The position numbers and the translations under genes are program-made. Below, one piece after another: positions 10,018-20,505 of a stretch of DNA of 64,000 nucleotides; positions within the stretch are counted from its first letter, which is position 1, and each line of letters opens with the position of its first letter. Origin of the DNA: Thermodesulfobacteriota bacterium (GTDB lineage: Bacteria > Desulfobacterota > Desulfobacteria > Desulfobacterales > SURF-7); the NCBI GenBank assembly GCA_049320885.1, contig JBMORA010000046.1:1-64000 (forward strand). The letters are read 5' to 3'. A model generated the notes under the pieces. The model did no database searches, was not told the DNA's origin, and worked only from the letters and a program-made list of their open reading frames with translations.

Positions 10018-11526
10018 TCATTCCCGGATGGTTTGTTGCCAGCGCTGTTCCAGGTCGTCCAGATCGCCGCCGAGGGCCCTGCTGACGGCCTGGTGCAGGT
10101 CCATGTCCTTTCCCGCGGCAATTACCAGGTTGCGCACGGAAACCATGGAATACTGCTGGATCAGGTAGGTAACAAACGACTCGGACTGGGCGTACACCAG
10201 GTGAATGGATTTTCGGTTCATGGCCGACAAGCCGCTGAGGTTGAGATGCGTCAGGTGCCGCAGGGGAAACAGCCGCCCGGAATCCGCCGCCGATTTCAGC
10301 AATTGGCTTCTTTCCGCGAGAAGCGACTCCGGTTTCATCGGTCTTGCCATGTACTCGGCCAGCCCCTCGTTCAGCCACAACGGCACGTTCGGTCCGCCAA
10401 GGCCATGGACCACCGCATGGGTGTATTCGTGATACAGAATCGCCGTTACGTAATCCCCCTCGAAGAGATCTTCCGGAAACCGGATTTTCCCGTCATACAA
10501 GCCGGCGGCCCAGTCCGGAAGGTAGCCCAGTTTCCGCAAATCGCTTGGGGGGTATACAATCACGACCATTTTTTCATCCGGATAGAGATCCAGGGCCGCC
10601 CCCACCGTCGACCGGGCCTGCTCCAGAATCTTGACGGCCTCATCGGCCACGCTTTGTCGCTTGCTTCCCTGGAATTTGACGATGAAAACGCCGCTCTCGG
10701 CGACAGCGAGACTTTTTTCCGCTTGATGGTCTTGATCCAGACGTTGGAGATAGTGAGCGGCAAGGGTGTTTCCGGGATCGAGATTCAGGGTCTTGCGCCA
10801 GTAATAGTGGGCATCCGTGAACTCATTTTGGGCATAGGCGATCTGGCCGTGTAACAGATAGATCCGGTGATTGTCGGGATCCATGCGCGCCGCCCGTTGG
10901 AGGCAACCGGCGGCGGCGTCATAATCCCGGGCCGCGAACCTGGTTGCGGCAAGATCGAGGTCGATTCCGGCGGACATTTTCAAAAGGGCGGGATCTTCCG
11001 GCTGGTATTGGAGGGCGGCTTCCACTTGCTCCCGGGCTTTGTCCAGCATACCGGTTTTCCGCAGGTGGACCGCGTAGCGGGTGTGGAGTTCCGCCATGTT
11101 ACGGGACGCCGCTTTCGGATCCGACGAGGCGGCATAGGCCCTTTCCCCGGTCTCGAGGGCCTGGCGATAACGGCCCTCGCGGACCAGTTGGAGGGCGGTC
11201 GCCTGATCATCCGTGGCGCCGGCCGCGGGGACATCAGGGGGCTGTATCCGCTTTTCTTGTCGGGAAGCCGCCAGGCCCTGCGAATCGGACGCCGCCTTCG
11301 CTTGCGGGCCCGCATCCGGCCGCTTCGCTTTTTTTTCGATCCGGGCGATTTCCGCCCGCGGATACCGGTAAACCGTGCCGAACATCCGGACGCAGACCTC
11401 GCCGTTTTCCTCCCAGGAAGCATCCACGTCCAGGCGCATGCCGTCATGAAAATAAACCACGTCGGCCCCAACCGCCAGGGCAGCTGAAAACAACAGAAAA
11501 AATCCGGCCGCAATCCATATCTTCAT
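10018..11526 (-). CDS. Exported TPR protein with C-terminal peptidase MA-like (gluzincin) domain
   Basis: Signal peptide, several TPR-like repeats, LYHEYTHAVVH...PLWLNEGLAEY. Confidence 0.85.
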   Translation of the reverse strand: MKIWIAAGFFLLFSAALAVGADVVYFHDGMRLDVDASWEENGEVCVRMFGTVYRYPRAEIARIEKKAKRPDAGPQAKAASDSQGLAASRQEKRIQPPDVPAAGATDDQATALQLVREGRYRQALETGERAYAASSDPKAASRNMAELHTRYAVHLRKTGMLDKAREQVEAALQYQPEDPALLKMSAGIDLDLAATRFAARDYDAAAGCLQRAARMDPDNHRIYLLHGQIAYAQNEFTDAHYYWRKTLNLDPGNTLAAHYLQRLDQDHQAEKSLAVAESGVFIVKFQGSKRQSVADEAVKILEQARSTVGAALDLYPDEKMVVIVYPPSDLRKLGYLPDWAAGLYDGKIRFPEDLFEGDYVTAILYHEYTHAVVHGLGGPNVPLWLNEGLAEYMARPMKPESLLAERSQLLKSAADSGRLFPLRHLTHLNLSGLSAMNRKSIHLVYAQSESFVTYLIQQYSMVSVRNLVIAAGKDMDLHQAVSRALGGDLDDLEQRWQQTIRE

Positions 11527-11684
11527 GCCTTGCTCCATCCGCGAGAACAAGCGTATTCGGTTTCCCGTAAAAAACGATTTTCAAAAGCGTCGATCTACGG
11601 TATAGGATCATCCTGTTTTTTTCAAGCAGGCCTTTTTCAATCATCATCATCCGCGTCGGCATGACCGGACAGGACACGAATCAT

Positions 11685-13964
11685 ATGAATCTCATCCATA
11701 TTGAAAAAATCGCCCGGGAACTGACCATTTCCATATCCCAGATCAACGCCGTGGGGTCCCTCCTGGAAGAAGGGGCCACCATCCCGTTTATCGCGCGGTA
11801 TCGCAAGGAAGCCACCGGCAGCCTGGATGAAGTGGCCATCACGTCCATCCGGGACCGTCTCGCCCAGCTCGCCGAACTCGATGAACGCCGCCAGACCGTA
11901 TTGAAATCCCTGGAACAGCACGGCCACCTGACCCCGGAACTGGAGGAAAAGGTCCGGCAGGCCGAGACCATGGCCGTTCTGGAAGACATCTACCTGCCTT
12001 TCAAGCCCAAACGGCGCACCCGGGGCATGATCGCCCGGGAAAAAGGCCTGGCGCCCCTGGCGGAAGCCATTTTCAGCCAGACCGGTATCGATCCGGAAAA
12101 GGAAGCCCCGCCTTTCGTCAATCCCGAACTGGGGGTCGCCGACATCGAGGCGGCCCTTTCCGGGGCCAGGGACATCATCGCGGAAATCATCAACGAGGAT
12201 GAACAGGCCCGCACCCGTTTGCGGAATCTGTTTGCCACCCGCAGCATCATCAAAAGCACGGTGGTGGCGGGCAAGGAAGAGGCCGGGGCCAAATACCGGG
12301 ATTATTTCGAATGGGAAGAACCAGCGGCGGAAGCGCCCTCCCACCGCATCCTGGCCATCCGCAGGGGAGAGCGGGAGGACATCCTGAACATGTCGGTCCA
12401 GCCCCCCGTCGAAGAGGCCCTCTGTATTCTGGAAACCCTGTTCGTCAGGGGCGAAGGGCGGGACTCCCAGCAGGTGAAGGCCGCGGCCCATGACGCTTAC
12501 AAGCGGCTGCTGTCACGGTCCATGGAAACCGAAATCCGGGTTGTCCTGAAGGACAAGGCCGACAGGGAAGCCATTCATATTTTCGCCGACAACCTGCGCC
12601 AGCTGCTGCTGGCCCCGCCCCTGGGCGCCCGGCGGGTCATGGGCATCGATCCGGGTTTCCGGACAGGTTGCAAGACCGTCTGCCTGGACCGCCAGGGGAA
12701 GCTGCTGCACCATGAAACCGTCTATCTCCATTTATCGGAATCCCAGGCGGGAAAAGCGGCCGAAACCCTCCTGACCCTGTGCCGGCAGTTTGAAATCGAA
12801 GCCATCGCCATCGGCAACGGCACCGCCGGCAGGGAAACCGAGGCGTTTGTCAGATCCCTGCCCTTCCCCCATAAAATTCAAGTGGTCATGGTCAATGAAA
12901 GCGGCGCGTCCATTTATTCCGCCTCGGAAGCGGCCCGGGAGGAGTTCCCGGATCTCGATCTCACGGTCCGGGGATCGGTGTCCATCGCCCGCCGCCTGAT
13001 GGATCCCCTCTCCGAGCTGGTGAAAATCGATCCGAAATCCATCGGCGTGGGTCAATATCAACACGATGTCGACCAGACCGCCCTCAAGCAGTCCCTGGAT
13101 GATGTGGTCATGAGCTGCGTGAACGGAGTGGGGGTGGACATCAACCGCGCCAGCACCCAGCTGTTGACCTATGTCTCGGGACTGGGACCCCAGCTGGCCA
13201 GAAACATCGTGGCCCACCGGGATGCCAACGGACCGTTCACGTCCCGGCGGCAATTGAAAAATATCAGCCGGCTGGGTCCCAAGGCCTTTGAACAGTCAGC
13301 CGGATTTCTGCGCATCCGCGACGGTGAAAACCCCCTGGACGCCAGCGCCGTGCATCCGGAAAGCTATCATATCGTGGACGCCATGGCCGCGGATCTCGGG
13401 TGCAGTCTCGCGGAACTGATGAACAGTCCGGAACTGCGGCGGCGTATCGATCTGTCCCGCTACGCAAGCGAGACCATCGGCATGCCTACCCTGAAGGATA
13501 TTCTGGCCGAACTGGAAAAACCCGGACGGGATCCCCGGGAGGAATTCGAGGAGTTCGGCTTTGCCAGCAACGTCACCACCATGGAGGATCTGGTGCCCGG
13601 AATGAGGCTCCCCGGCATCGTCACCAATATCACCGCCTTCGGCGCCTTCGTGGATATCGGCGTGCACCAGGACGGCCTGGTCCATGTCAGCCAGCTGGCC
13701 GACCATTTCGTGAAGGATCCCGCCGGGGTTGTCAAGGTGCATCAGAAAGTGACGGTGACGGTCCTGGAAGTGGACCCGGGGCGCAGACGGATCGCCCTGT
13801 CCATGAAATCCAACCCGGATGTGGGGGCCGGGCGGGAAACCGGGGCCGGGCAACCCCGGAAAGCGCGGCAACCGGCCGCGCAGCCCGTCCCGGCATCGAA
13901 AAAACGGAATGAACGTCAACCCTTCAACAATCCATTCGCCGATGCGCTGAATAAATTGCGCTGA
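11685..13964 (+). CDS. tex: Tex/YhgF RNA-binding transcriptional accessory protein
   Basis: TIPFIARYRKEATG, GIDPGFRTGCK, IDPKSIGVGQYQHDV, C-terminal S1 domain GAFVDIGVHQDGLVH; alternative start at 11661. Confidence 0.96.
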   Translation: MNLIHIEKIARELTISISQINAVGSLLEEGATIPFIARYRKEATGSLDEVAITSIRDRLAQLAELDERRQTVLKSLEQHGHLTPELEEKVRQAETMAVLEDIYLPFKPKRRTRGMIAREKGLAPLAEAIFSQTGIDPEKEAPPFVNPELGVADIEAALSGARDIIAEIINEDEQARTRLRNLFATRSIIKSTVVAGKEEAGAKYRDYFEWEEPAAEAPSHRILAIRRGEREDILNMSVQPPVEEALCILETLFVRGEGRDSQQVKAAAHDAYKRLLSRSMETEIRVVLKDKADREAIHIFADNLRQLLLAPPLGARRVMGIDPGFRTGCKTVCLDRQGKLLHHETVYLHLSESQAGKAAETLLTLCRQFEIEAIAIGNGTAGRETEAFVRSLPFPHKIQVVMVNESGASIYSASEAAREEFPDLDLTVRGSVSIARRLMDPLSELVKIDPKSIGVGQYQHDVDQTALKQSLDDVVMSCVNGVGVDINRASTQLLTYVSGLGPQLARNIVAHRDANGPFTSRRQLKNISRLGPKAFEQSAGFLRIRDGENPLDASAVHPESYHIVDAMAADLGCSLAELMNSPELRRRIDLSRYASETIGMPTLKDILAELEKPGRDPREEFEEFGFASNVTTMEDLVPGMRLPGIVTNITAFGAFVDIGVHQDGLVHVSQLADHFVKDPAGVVKVHQKVTVTVLEVDPGRRRIALSMKSNPDVGAGRETGAGQPRKARQPAAQPVPASKKRNERQPFNNPFADALNKLR

Positions 13965-13967
13965 TGG

Positions 13968-14345
13968 TCAGGAATCGATTTCCAGGTTGCCGGATATGAC
14001 GACTTTCTCAAACAGCTTGTCCGATTCCTTGGCCACGAGCTGATGCAGCTTCCGGAAGCGATCCATCAGCTCGATGGCGAAAGGCGTCAGCTGCGATCCC
14101 CCCTTGGAGGAACCGCCGATGCTGCGCACGAGCAATTCCTTACCCAGGCGCATTTCCGTGGCCTTGATCCGGCCCCATACGGCCCGGTAACTCATCCCCA
14201 GTTCCTTGGCGGCGGCCTGGATGGAACCGCTGCTCCGGATGGCTTCCAGCATCCGGAGGCGTCCCAATCCGAAAACAACCTCGCCTTCCGGACCGGCGAT
14301 CCAGATTTTCGAACGAATGGATAGCGGATCGGCATTGGTTTTCAT
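13968..14345 (-). CDS. Stand-alone ModE-type winged-helix regulator (no Mop domains)
   Basis: FGLGRLRMLEAIRSSGSIQAAAKELGMSYRAVWGRIK...GGSQLTP. Confidence 0.88.
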   Translation of the reverse strand: MKTNADPLSIRSKIWIAGPEGEVVFGLGRLRMLEAIRSSGSIQAAAKELGMSYRAVWGRIKATEMRLGKELLVRSIGGSSKGGSQLTPFAIELMDRFRKLHQLVAKESDKLFEKVVISGNLEIDS

Positions 14346-14416
14346 GGCGCATCCATACCATGGCCGGATGTCCGATTTCAAGGCGGAAGGCCGGGAATCG
14401 CAAAAGGCCGCGGTCA

Positions 14417-17110
14417 TCACCGTCCGTCCACCGCCATTTTTTCGATCCGCACCGCGCAGGCTTTGTATTCCGCCGTCAGGGTGAAGGGATCGAAAGCCGG
14501 GTTGGTCAGCCAGTTGGCGCAGGCCTCCCGGAAATGAAACGCCATCCAGACCATGCCGGCCGGAATTTCCGGGGTGATCCGGGCTTTTACCTCCACCGCA
14601 CCCCGCCGGGAAATCACTTTGACGGTTTCTCCCTGGGAGATGCGCAGGCGGCCGGCATCTTCCAGGGAAATATCCGCGGTTTCCTCGCCCAGCAGATCGT
14701 TCAGGCCTTCACAGCGGCCCGTCTGCGTCCTGGTATGGTAATGGTAGAGGCGTCTGCCGGTGCTCAACATCAAGGGATATTGCTCATCCGGTACTTCGGC
14801 CGGGGGCGTCCAGTCCACGGGCAGGAATTGGCCGTATCCCCTGGTGAAGCGGCCTTCGAGATGTAGGATGGGTGTTCCGGGATGGGAAACCGTGGGGCAG
14901 GGCCATTGCAGACCGTCCCCCTCGATGCGGGAATACTTGACGCCCCCCAGGTTGGGGGCCAGAACCGAGATTTCGTTGTCCCACAGTTCCCGGGCGCTGT
15001 CCGCGGCCCAATGATGTCCCATCCTCCTGGCGATCTCTCTGAAGATCCACCAGTTGGGTTTTGCCATTCCCGGCGGTTCGCTGACGGCCCGCACCCGGCT
15101 GATCCGGCGCTCGCTGTTGCTGAAGGTTCCATCGTTTTCACTCCAGGCGGCGGCGGGAAGTACCACATGGGCGAAGCGGGTGGTTTCGGTCTGGAAAATA
15201 TCCTGGCAGACGAGGAACTCGGCGGAACCGAGTTCGTGCTCGACCTTGCGGATGTCGGGCTCGGTATTGGCCAAGTTCTCGCCGAAAATATACAGGGCTT
15301 TGACTTGTCCGCCAACCAGGCCCTCCATCATCTGGGGAATCATCAGGCCGACCTTGTCCGGCAGTTGCGACACCCCCCAGGCCTTGGCGAACTTGTGCCG
15401 CATGTTTTCATCCGTCACTTTCTGATAACCGGGGAACACATTGGGCAAGGCCCCCATGTCGCAGGCGCCCTGGACATTGTTCTGACCGCGCAGGGGATTG
15501 ACGCCGCCGCAGGGGACGCCCATGTTGCCCAGCAGCATCTGCAGGTTGGCGGTGGAAACGACATTGTTGCGGCCGCAGGTATGCTCCGTTATGCCCAACG
15601 TATAGCAGAGCATCATGGGCTTGACGGAGGCCGCCATCCTGGCCACCCGGCGGATCAAATCCGCCGGCACCTTACAGATCTCCGCCGCTCGTTCCGGCGG
15701 ATATTCCCGGACTTTTTCCTGCAGTTTTTCAACATCCTCGGTGAAGGATTTTACGAATTGCTTGTCAACCAGATTTTCCTCGATCAGGACGTGCATCACA
15801 GCGTTCAGGAAAGCGATATCGCTGCCCACGGCGATCTGGGCATGAATGTCCGCGAACTCCGCGAGTTTGTGACGCCGCGGATCCACCAGGATCAATTTGG
15901 CGCCGGCTGCCACCGCATTCTTCAGGAAAGTCGCGGCCACCGGATGGGCTTCGGTCATATTGGAGCCGATCACCATGAACATCTTGGCGCTGCTGAATTC
16001 GGCGAATGAATTGGTCATCGCACCTGAACCGAACGAGGCCGCCAGCCCGGCGACCGTCGGGGCATGTCAGGTGCGCGCGCAGTGATCGATATTGTTGGTG
16101 CCGATCACCGCGCGAAACAGTTTCTGCATTTGATAGGAGTCTTCATTGATGCTGCGGGCGCAGCTGACGCCGGCAATGGCGTCCGGGCCATGCTGCTCCA
16201 TGATACGCCGGAAGGTGCCAGCGACCAAATCGAGGGCTTCATCCCAGGAAGCCTCCCGGAAGCCGTTCTTTTCCCGGATCAGGGGGGTCTTCAATCGTTC
16301 CCCGGAATAAATGAAATCGAATCCGTATCTCCCCTTGACACACAACCGGCCCTGGTTCGGCTGGGCATCCTCCACGCCGGTGACCTGGACGATTTTACCG
16401 TTCTTGACATGCAGATGAAGCTGGCATCCGACTCCGCAATACGGGCAGGTCGTGCGCGTCCTGGTGGTTTCCCAGGCCCGCCAGCGCAAACCGGATTTTT
16501 TTTCGAGCATGCCGCCGACGGGGCATATCTGCACGCATTCACCGCAGGAAACGCATTTATCCGGATCATAGGCGATCTGGGGGCCGCCATCCGGGCCCTT
16601 TGTGAGATCAAGGGCGCCAACACCCTGGATCTCCCGGCAGGCGCTGATGCAACGCAGACAGAGCACGCAGCGTTCGGGAAAGTGTTCGAGAAAAGTCGTC
16701 CGGTAGGCCGAGGTGAATTGCCGCTTGGGCAACGGATAGTCGACACGGGTGATACCGAATTCCACCGTCAGATCCTGCAGCGTGCAAACACCGGCCTTGT
16801 CGCAAACGGGGCAATCCAGCGGATGGTTAGCCAGAATCAACTGCAGCGAGGCCTTGCGCATGCGCGACAAGCGTTCCGACGAAGTGATCACCTGGATATC
16901 GTCCGCCACGGGGGTCGTGCAGGCGGTCACGGGATCGGGGTAGCCCGCCACCTCGACAACACACAAACCGCAGGACCCGATGGGCTTGAGTTTTTCATGA
17001 TAGCAAAGGGTCGGAATTTTTATTCCCGCCAGTTTCGCCGCCTCCAGAATCGTGCTGCCCTTCCGGGCGCTGACCTCCATTCCGTCAATCGTCAGTCGAA
17101 TCATTTCCAT
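14417..17110 (-). CDS. fdhF: Selenocysteine-containing formate dehydrogenase alpha subunit (FdhF-type, N-terminal 2Fe-2S/4Fe-4S region), 897 aa
   Basis: Track ORFs 16067..17110 and 14417..16018 are one reading frame joined by TGA at 16067-16069 in NNIDHCART-U-HAPTVAGL; CPYCGVGC, PLRGQNNVQGACDMG, EYKACAV motifs; SECIS hairpin present. Confidence 0.95.
16037..16055 (-). promoter_or_regulatory. Bacterial SECIS element
   Basis: mRNA UGA + 11 nt + GGUCGCC-GGGCU-GGCGGCC hairpin, same spacing as the E. coli fdhF SECIS. Confidence 0.85.
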
Positions 17111-17129
17111 AGGTACTCACTCCGGTTAA

Positions 17130-17153
17130 CGTTATATCAAAAATGGCATATCG
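17130..17153. promoter_or_regulatory. ModE-like box 1 (upstream of fdh)
   Basis: CGTTATATCA-AAAA-TGGCATATCG, imperfect palindrome, near-copy of box 2. Confidence 0.65.
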
Positions 17154-17233
17154 GGAAATACGTTTAGTGAAGCCGACTGTATTTGTCAACCCCAAACCAC
17201 GTGCCAAGGCACTCTTCCGACATGGAATTTTTT

Positions 17234-17257
17234 CGTTATGTCATTATTGACATATCG
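17234..17257. promoter_or_regulatory. ModE-like box 2 (overlaps TTGACA upstream of FmdE-MoeA gene)
   Basis: CGTTATGTCA-TTAT-TGACATATCG, arms match at 9 of 10 positions. Confidence 0.7.
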
Positions 17258-17316
17258 AAATCGCCATGTTACATGGCCGACCAGTCGCTATGAATTGGAA
17301 CGGATGGACGGAACGT

Positions 17317-19017
17317 ATGCAGCCTAACGGGATTTCACGTCATTCTAACACCGCGCCGGACACTATCTGGTGCATCAGCCACAAGGGGGAAGCATATTCC
17401 TTCGACTCCTATATGGAACGGGTGCGGGAGTTTCATGGGCACGCAGCCCCCGGACTTGTCATTGGCGGGAAGATGGTTCATGAAGCTCTCCGAAGGCTCC
17501 CCCAAGGAGACGATATCCTGCTGGACGCCCTTTGCGAAACCGGCAACTGTCTTCCGGACGCGGTACAATTGCTGACCCCCTGCACCATCGGCAACGGCTG
17601 GCTGAAAATCACGAACCTGTTCCGCTTCGCCCTCACCATTTACGATAAGTCCACGGGCGAAGGAATACGGGTCGCCGTGGATGCCCAAAAAGTGCGCGCT
17701 TGGGATGAAATCAACAGCTGGTTTTTTCATCTCAAACCCAAAAAGGATCAGGACACCGGACGGCTGATGGAACAGATCCGGACGGCCGGCGCGGAAGTCC
17801 TGACCGTCCGGAGCGTGCGAATGTCCGGCCGGTACCTGGAAAAACCGCATCTGGGGAAACGGAGCATTTGTCCGGTCTGCCGGGAAGCCTACCCTGCCAA
17901 AAACGGGCCGGTTTGCCGGGCCTGTCAGGGTAATTCTCCTTATGTTCACGCGGAAACCGCTGCAAACAGCGAACCGGGCCCCGTTCTCCTAACAATCCCG
18001 GTGAATACCTGCGAGGGCAAGCCGGCCCTGCATGACATGACCCGGGTTGTTCCCGGGGAAAGCAAAGGACCGGCTTTTGTGAAAGGGCAACAACTGACCG
18101 CCGGAGATATTTGCCGGCTGCAACAAATGGGAAGGGAGCGGATTTATACCCTGGATGATCCACCGGATGAAAGCCGCTGGGTGCATGAAGATACCGCCGC
18201 GGAAAATTTCGCCAGGGCCATTGCCGGAGAAGGCGTCTCCTGTAACTTTCCTCCCCGGGAAGGGAAAATCGACTTCATCGCGGCAAGAGACGGCCTGCTG
18301 ATGGTTGCAACCGAGCGTCTGGAGGCCTTCAACCTACTTGGAGAAGTGATGTGCGCCACCCGCAAGGGATACTCGCTGGTCGGCAGCGGCCGTAAATTGG
18401 GCGGCACCCGCGCCATTCCCCTGTATCTGCCCATGGAAATGTTTTCCCGGGCCATGGACCTCCTGAGTGCCGGCCCCCTGCTGGAGGTCCTGCCGCTGAG
18501 GAAAATGGCCGTCGGCATCCTGGTGACCGGAACGGAGATATTCCAGGGCCTGGTGCCGGACGCTTTCATTCCCGTCATTACGTCCAAAGTCACCCGGATG
18601 GGATGCCATGTCATCAGGTCGATCATCGTTCCGGACGAACGCGACGCCATTTCCCGCGGGCTCCGCGGTCTGCTGGCCAGCGGCGCGGAATTGATCGTCA
18701 CCACGGCCGGACTGTCGGTGGATCCGGACGATGTCACCCGTCAGGGGCTTCAGGACGCGGGCGCCGAGGAGATGCTGTACGGCGCCCCGATTCTGCCCGG
18801 CGCCATGACCCTGATCACCCGGATCGGCCGGGTGCCGGTGATCGGCGTGCCGGCTTGCGGTCTGTATCATCCGACAACCAGTTTCGACCTGTTGCTGCCC
18901 AGACTCCTGGCCGGCATCCGGATAACCCGCAGAGACCTGGCCCGATTGGGCCATGGCGCTTTCTGCTGGGAATGCAAAACCTGCCGATACCCCAAGTGTT
19001 CATTTGGCAATGCATAA
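17317..19017 (+). CDS. FmdE + Zn-ribbon + MoeA-like molybdopterin-binding fusion protein
   Basis: FHGHAAPGLVIG and CLPDAVQLLTPCTIGNG (FmdE); CPVC..CRAC; TTAGLSVDPDDVT and YGAPILPGAM; C-terminal CWECKTCRYPKC. Confidence 0.85.
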   Translation: MQPNGISRHSNTAPDTIWCISHKGEAYSFDSYMERVREFHGHAAPGLVIGGKMVHEALRRLPQGDDILLDALCETGNCLPDAVQLLTPCTIGNGWLKITNLFRFALTIYDKSTGEGIRVAVDAQKVRAWDEINSWFFHLKPKKDQDTGRLMEQIRTAGAEVLTVRSVRMSGRYLEKPHLGKRSICPVCREAYPAKNGPVCRACQGNSPYVHAETAANSEPGPVLLTIPVNTCEGKPALHDMTRVVPGESKGPAFVKGQQLTAGDICRLQQMGRERIYTLDDPPDESRWVHEDTAAENFARAIAGEGVSCNFPPREGKIDFIAARDGLLMVATERLEAFNLLGEVMCATRKGYSLVGSGRKLGGTRAIPLYLPMEMFSRAMDLLSAGPLLEVLPLRKMAVGILVTGTEIFQGLVPDAFIPVITSKVTRMGCHVIRSIIVPDERDAISRGLRGLLASGAELIVTTAGLSVDPDDVTRQGLQDAGAEEMLYGAPILPGAMTLITRIGRVPVIGVPACGLYHPTTSFDLLLPRLLAGIRITRRDLARLGHGAFCWECKTCRYPKCSFGNA

Positions 19018-19033
19018 CAAGGAGAAATGCATC

Positions 19034-20491
19034 ATGCAAAACAGCGCGACCGTGACATCCATTTTCCCAAGTGAAGCGCCCCATTCCCGCGAAGGCAATC
19101 TGGATCGCATATTCGAAACCCAGCGGGCCGCCTTCCGCCGCAATCCCATGCCCGGCGCCGCCGAACGCATCCGCCATTTGCAGGCATTGAAACAGGCGCT
19201 GATCAAAAACCAGGAAAAACTCATCGCCGCCGTCAACGATGATTTCAGCTGCCGCTCCCGGGACGAAACTCTCCTCGCGGAAATCTTCCCCAGCGTGGAA
19301 GGCATCCGCTACGCCGCCAAACGGGTGAAGAAATGGATGAAACCGGCCCGCCGCATGCCCGGCATGCTGTTTCTGCCGGCCAAGGCCAGAATCATCTACC
19401 AACCCCTGGGCGTGGTGGGAATCATCACGCCCTGGAACTATCCCCTGTATCTCGCCATCGGTCCGTTGACCGGCGCGCTTGCCGCCGGCAACCGGGTCAT
19501 CATCAAGATGAGCCGCAATACTCCACAGACGGGCCAGGCCCTGAAAACCATTATTCATGAAACCTTTGAGGAAGATCATGTGGCCGTCATCACCGGCGAG
19601 GACGGACTGGGGTCGGCTTTTTCCCGCAAGCCCTGGGATCATCTGGTTTTCACCGGCTCAACGGCGGTGGGACGGCACGTCATGAAAGCGGCGGCCGACA
19701 ACCTGACGCCGGTGTTGCTGGAACTGGGCGGCAAATCTCCGGCCATCATCAGCAATGACGTTCCCATGCAGGATGCCGCGGAACGCATCGCCTTCGGCAA
19801 ACAGTTCAATGTGGGGCAGACCTGCGTGGCGCCGGATTACGTCCTCTGCCCGAAAAGCCGGGTGGATGAATTCGTGGCGACCTTCAAGGACAGTGTCTCC
19901 CGGATGTACCCGACCATGGACGGCAACCCCCAGTACACCAGCATCATCAACGAACAGGAACGGGAACGTCTTCAATCGCTGGTGGATGACGCCCGCGCCA
20001 AGGGCGCCCGGGTGATTCCCGTTAATCCGGCCGGCGAGTCTTTTTCCAGGGGCCGCAAAATGCCCATCCATCTTCTCCTGGATGTAACCGAGGACATGCA
20101 GGTGATGAAGGACGAAATCTTCGGGCCGGTTCTGCCGGTGATCCCCTATGACACCCTGAAGGATGCCGTGATGTACGTGAACCTGCGTCCCAGGCCGCTG
20201 GCCCTCTATTTCTTCGACTATCAGCAGGAAAACATCGACTACGTGCTCTATAATACCCATTCCGGCGGTGCCTTGATCAACGACACCCTGGTTCACGTGG
20301 CCCAGGACGATCTGCCCTTCGGCGGCGTCGGCGAGTCCGGCATGGGGCAGTACCACAGCCGGGAAGGCTTTCTGGCGCTCTCCAATGCCAAGGGGGTGCT
20401 GTTCAAACCCCGGTTCAACAGCGGCAAACTGATCTATCCGCCTTACGGGAAACTCATTCACCGGCTGATCTACGGTCTCTTTCTGCGCTAG
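19034..20491 (+). CDS. Aldehyde dehydrogenase (coniferyl-aldehyde/ALDH3-like)
   Basis: ITPWNYP, FTGSTAVG, LELGGKSP, GQTCVAPDY, EIFGP, PFGGVGESGMG. Confidence 0.93.
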   Translation: MQNSATVTSIFPSEAPHSREGNLDRIFETQRAAFRRNPMPGAAERIRHLQALKQALIKNQEKLIAAVNDDFSCRSRDETLLAEIFPSVEGIRYAAKRVKKWMKPARRMPGMLFLPAKARIIYQPLGVVGIITPWNYPLYLAIGPLTGALAAGNRVIIKMSRNTPQTGQALKTIIHETFEEDHVAVITGEDGLGSAFSRKPWDHLVFTGSTAVGRHVMKAAADNLTPVLLELGGKSPAIISNDVPMQDAAERIAFGKQFNVGQTCVAPDYVLCPKSRVDEFVATFKDSVSRMYPTMDGNPQYTSIINEQERERLQSLVDDARAKGARVIPVNPAGESFSRGRKMPIHLLLDVTEDMQVMKDEIFGPVLPVIPYDTLKDAVMYVNLRPRPLALYFFDYQQENIDYVLYNTHSGGALINDTLVHVAQDDLPFGGVGESGMGQYHSREGFLALSNAKGVLFKPRFNSGKLIYPPYGKLIHRLIYGLFLR

Positions 20492-20505
20492 GGGGAATCG
20501 GCTCC

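Noticed and set aside
16067..16069. Nonsense mutation / fdh pseudogene
   Set aside because: TGA sits at the catalytic Cys/Sec position and is followed by a correctly spaced SECIS hairpin
17191..17206. Sigma-54 promoter for fdh (minus strand TGGCACGTGGTTTGGG)
   Set aside because: -12 element is GG rather than GC, and a sigma-70-like TTGACA lies adjacent; too weak to call
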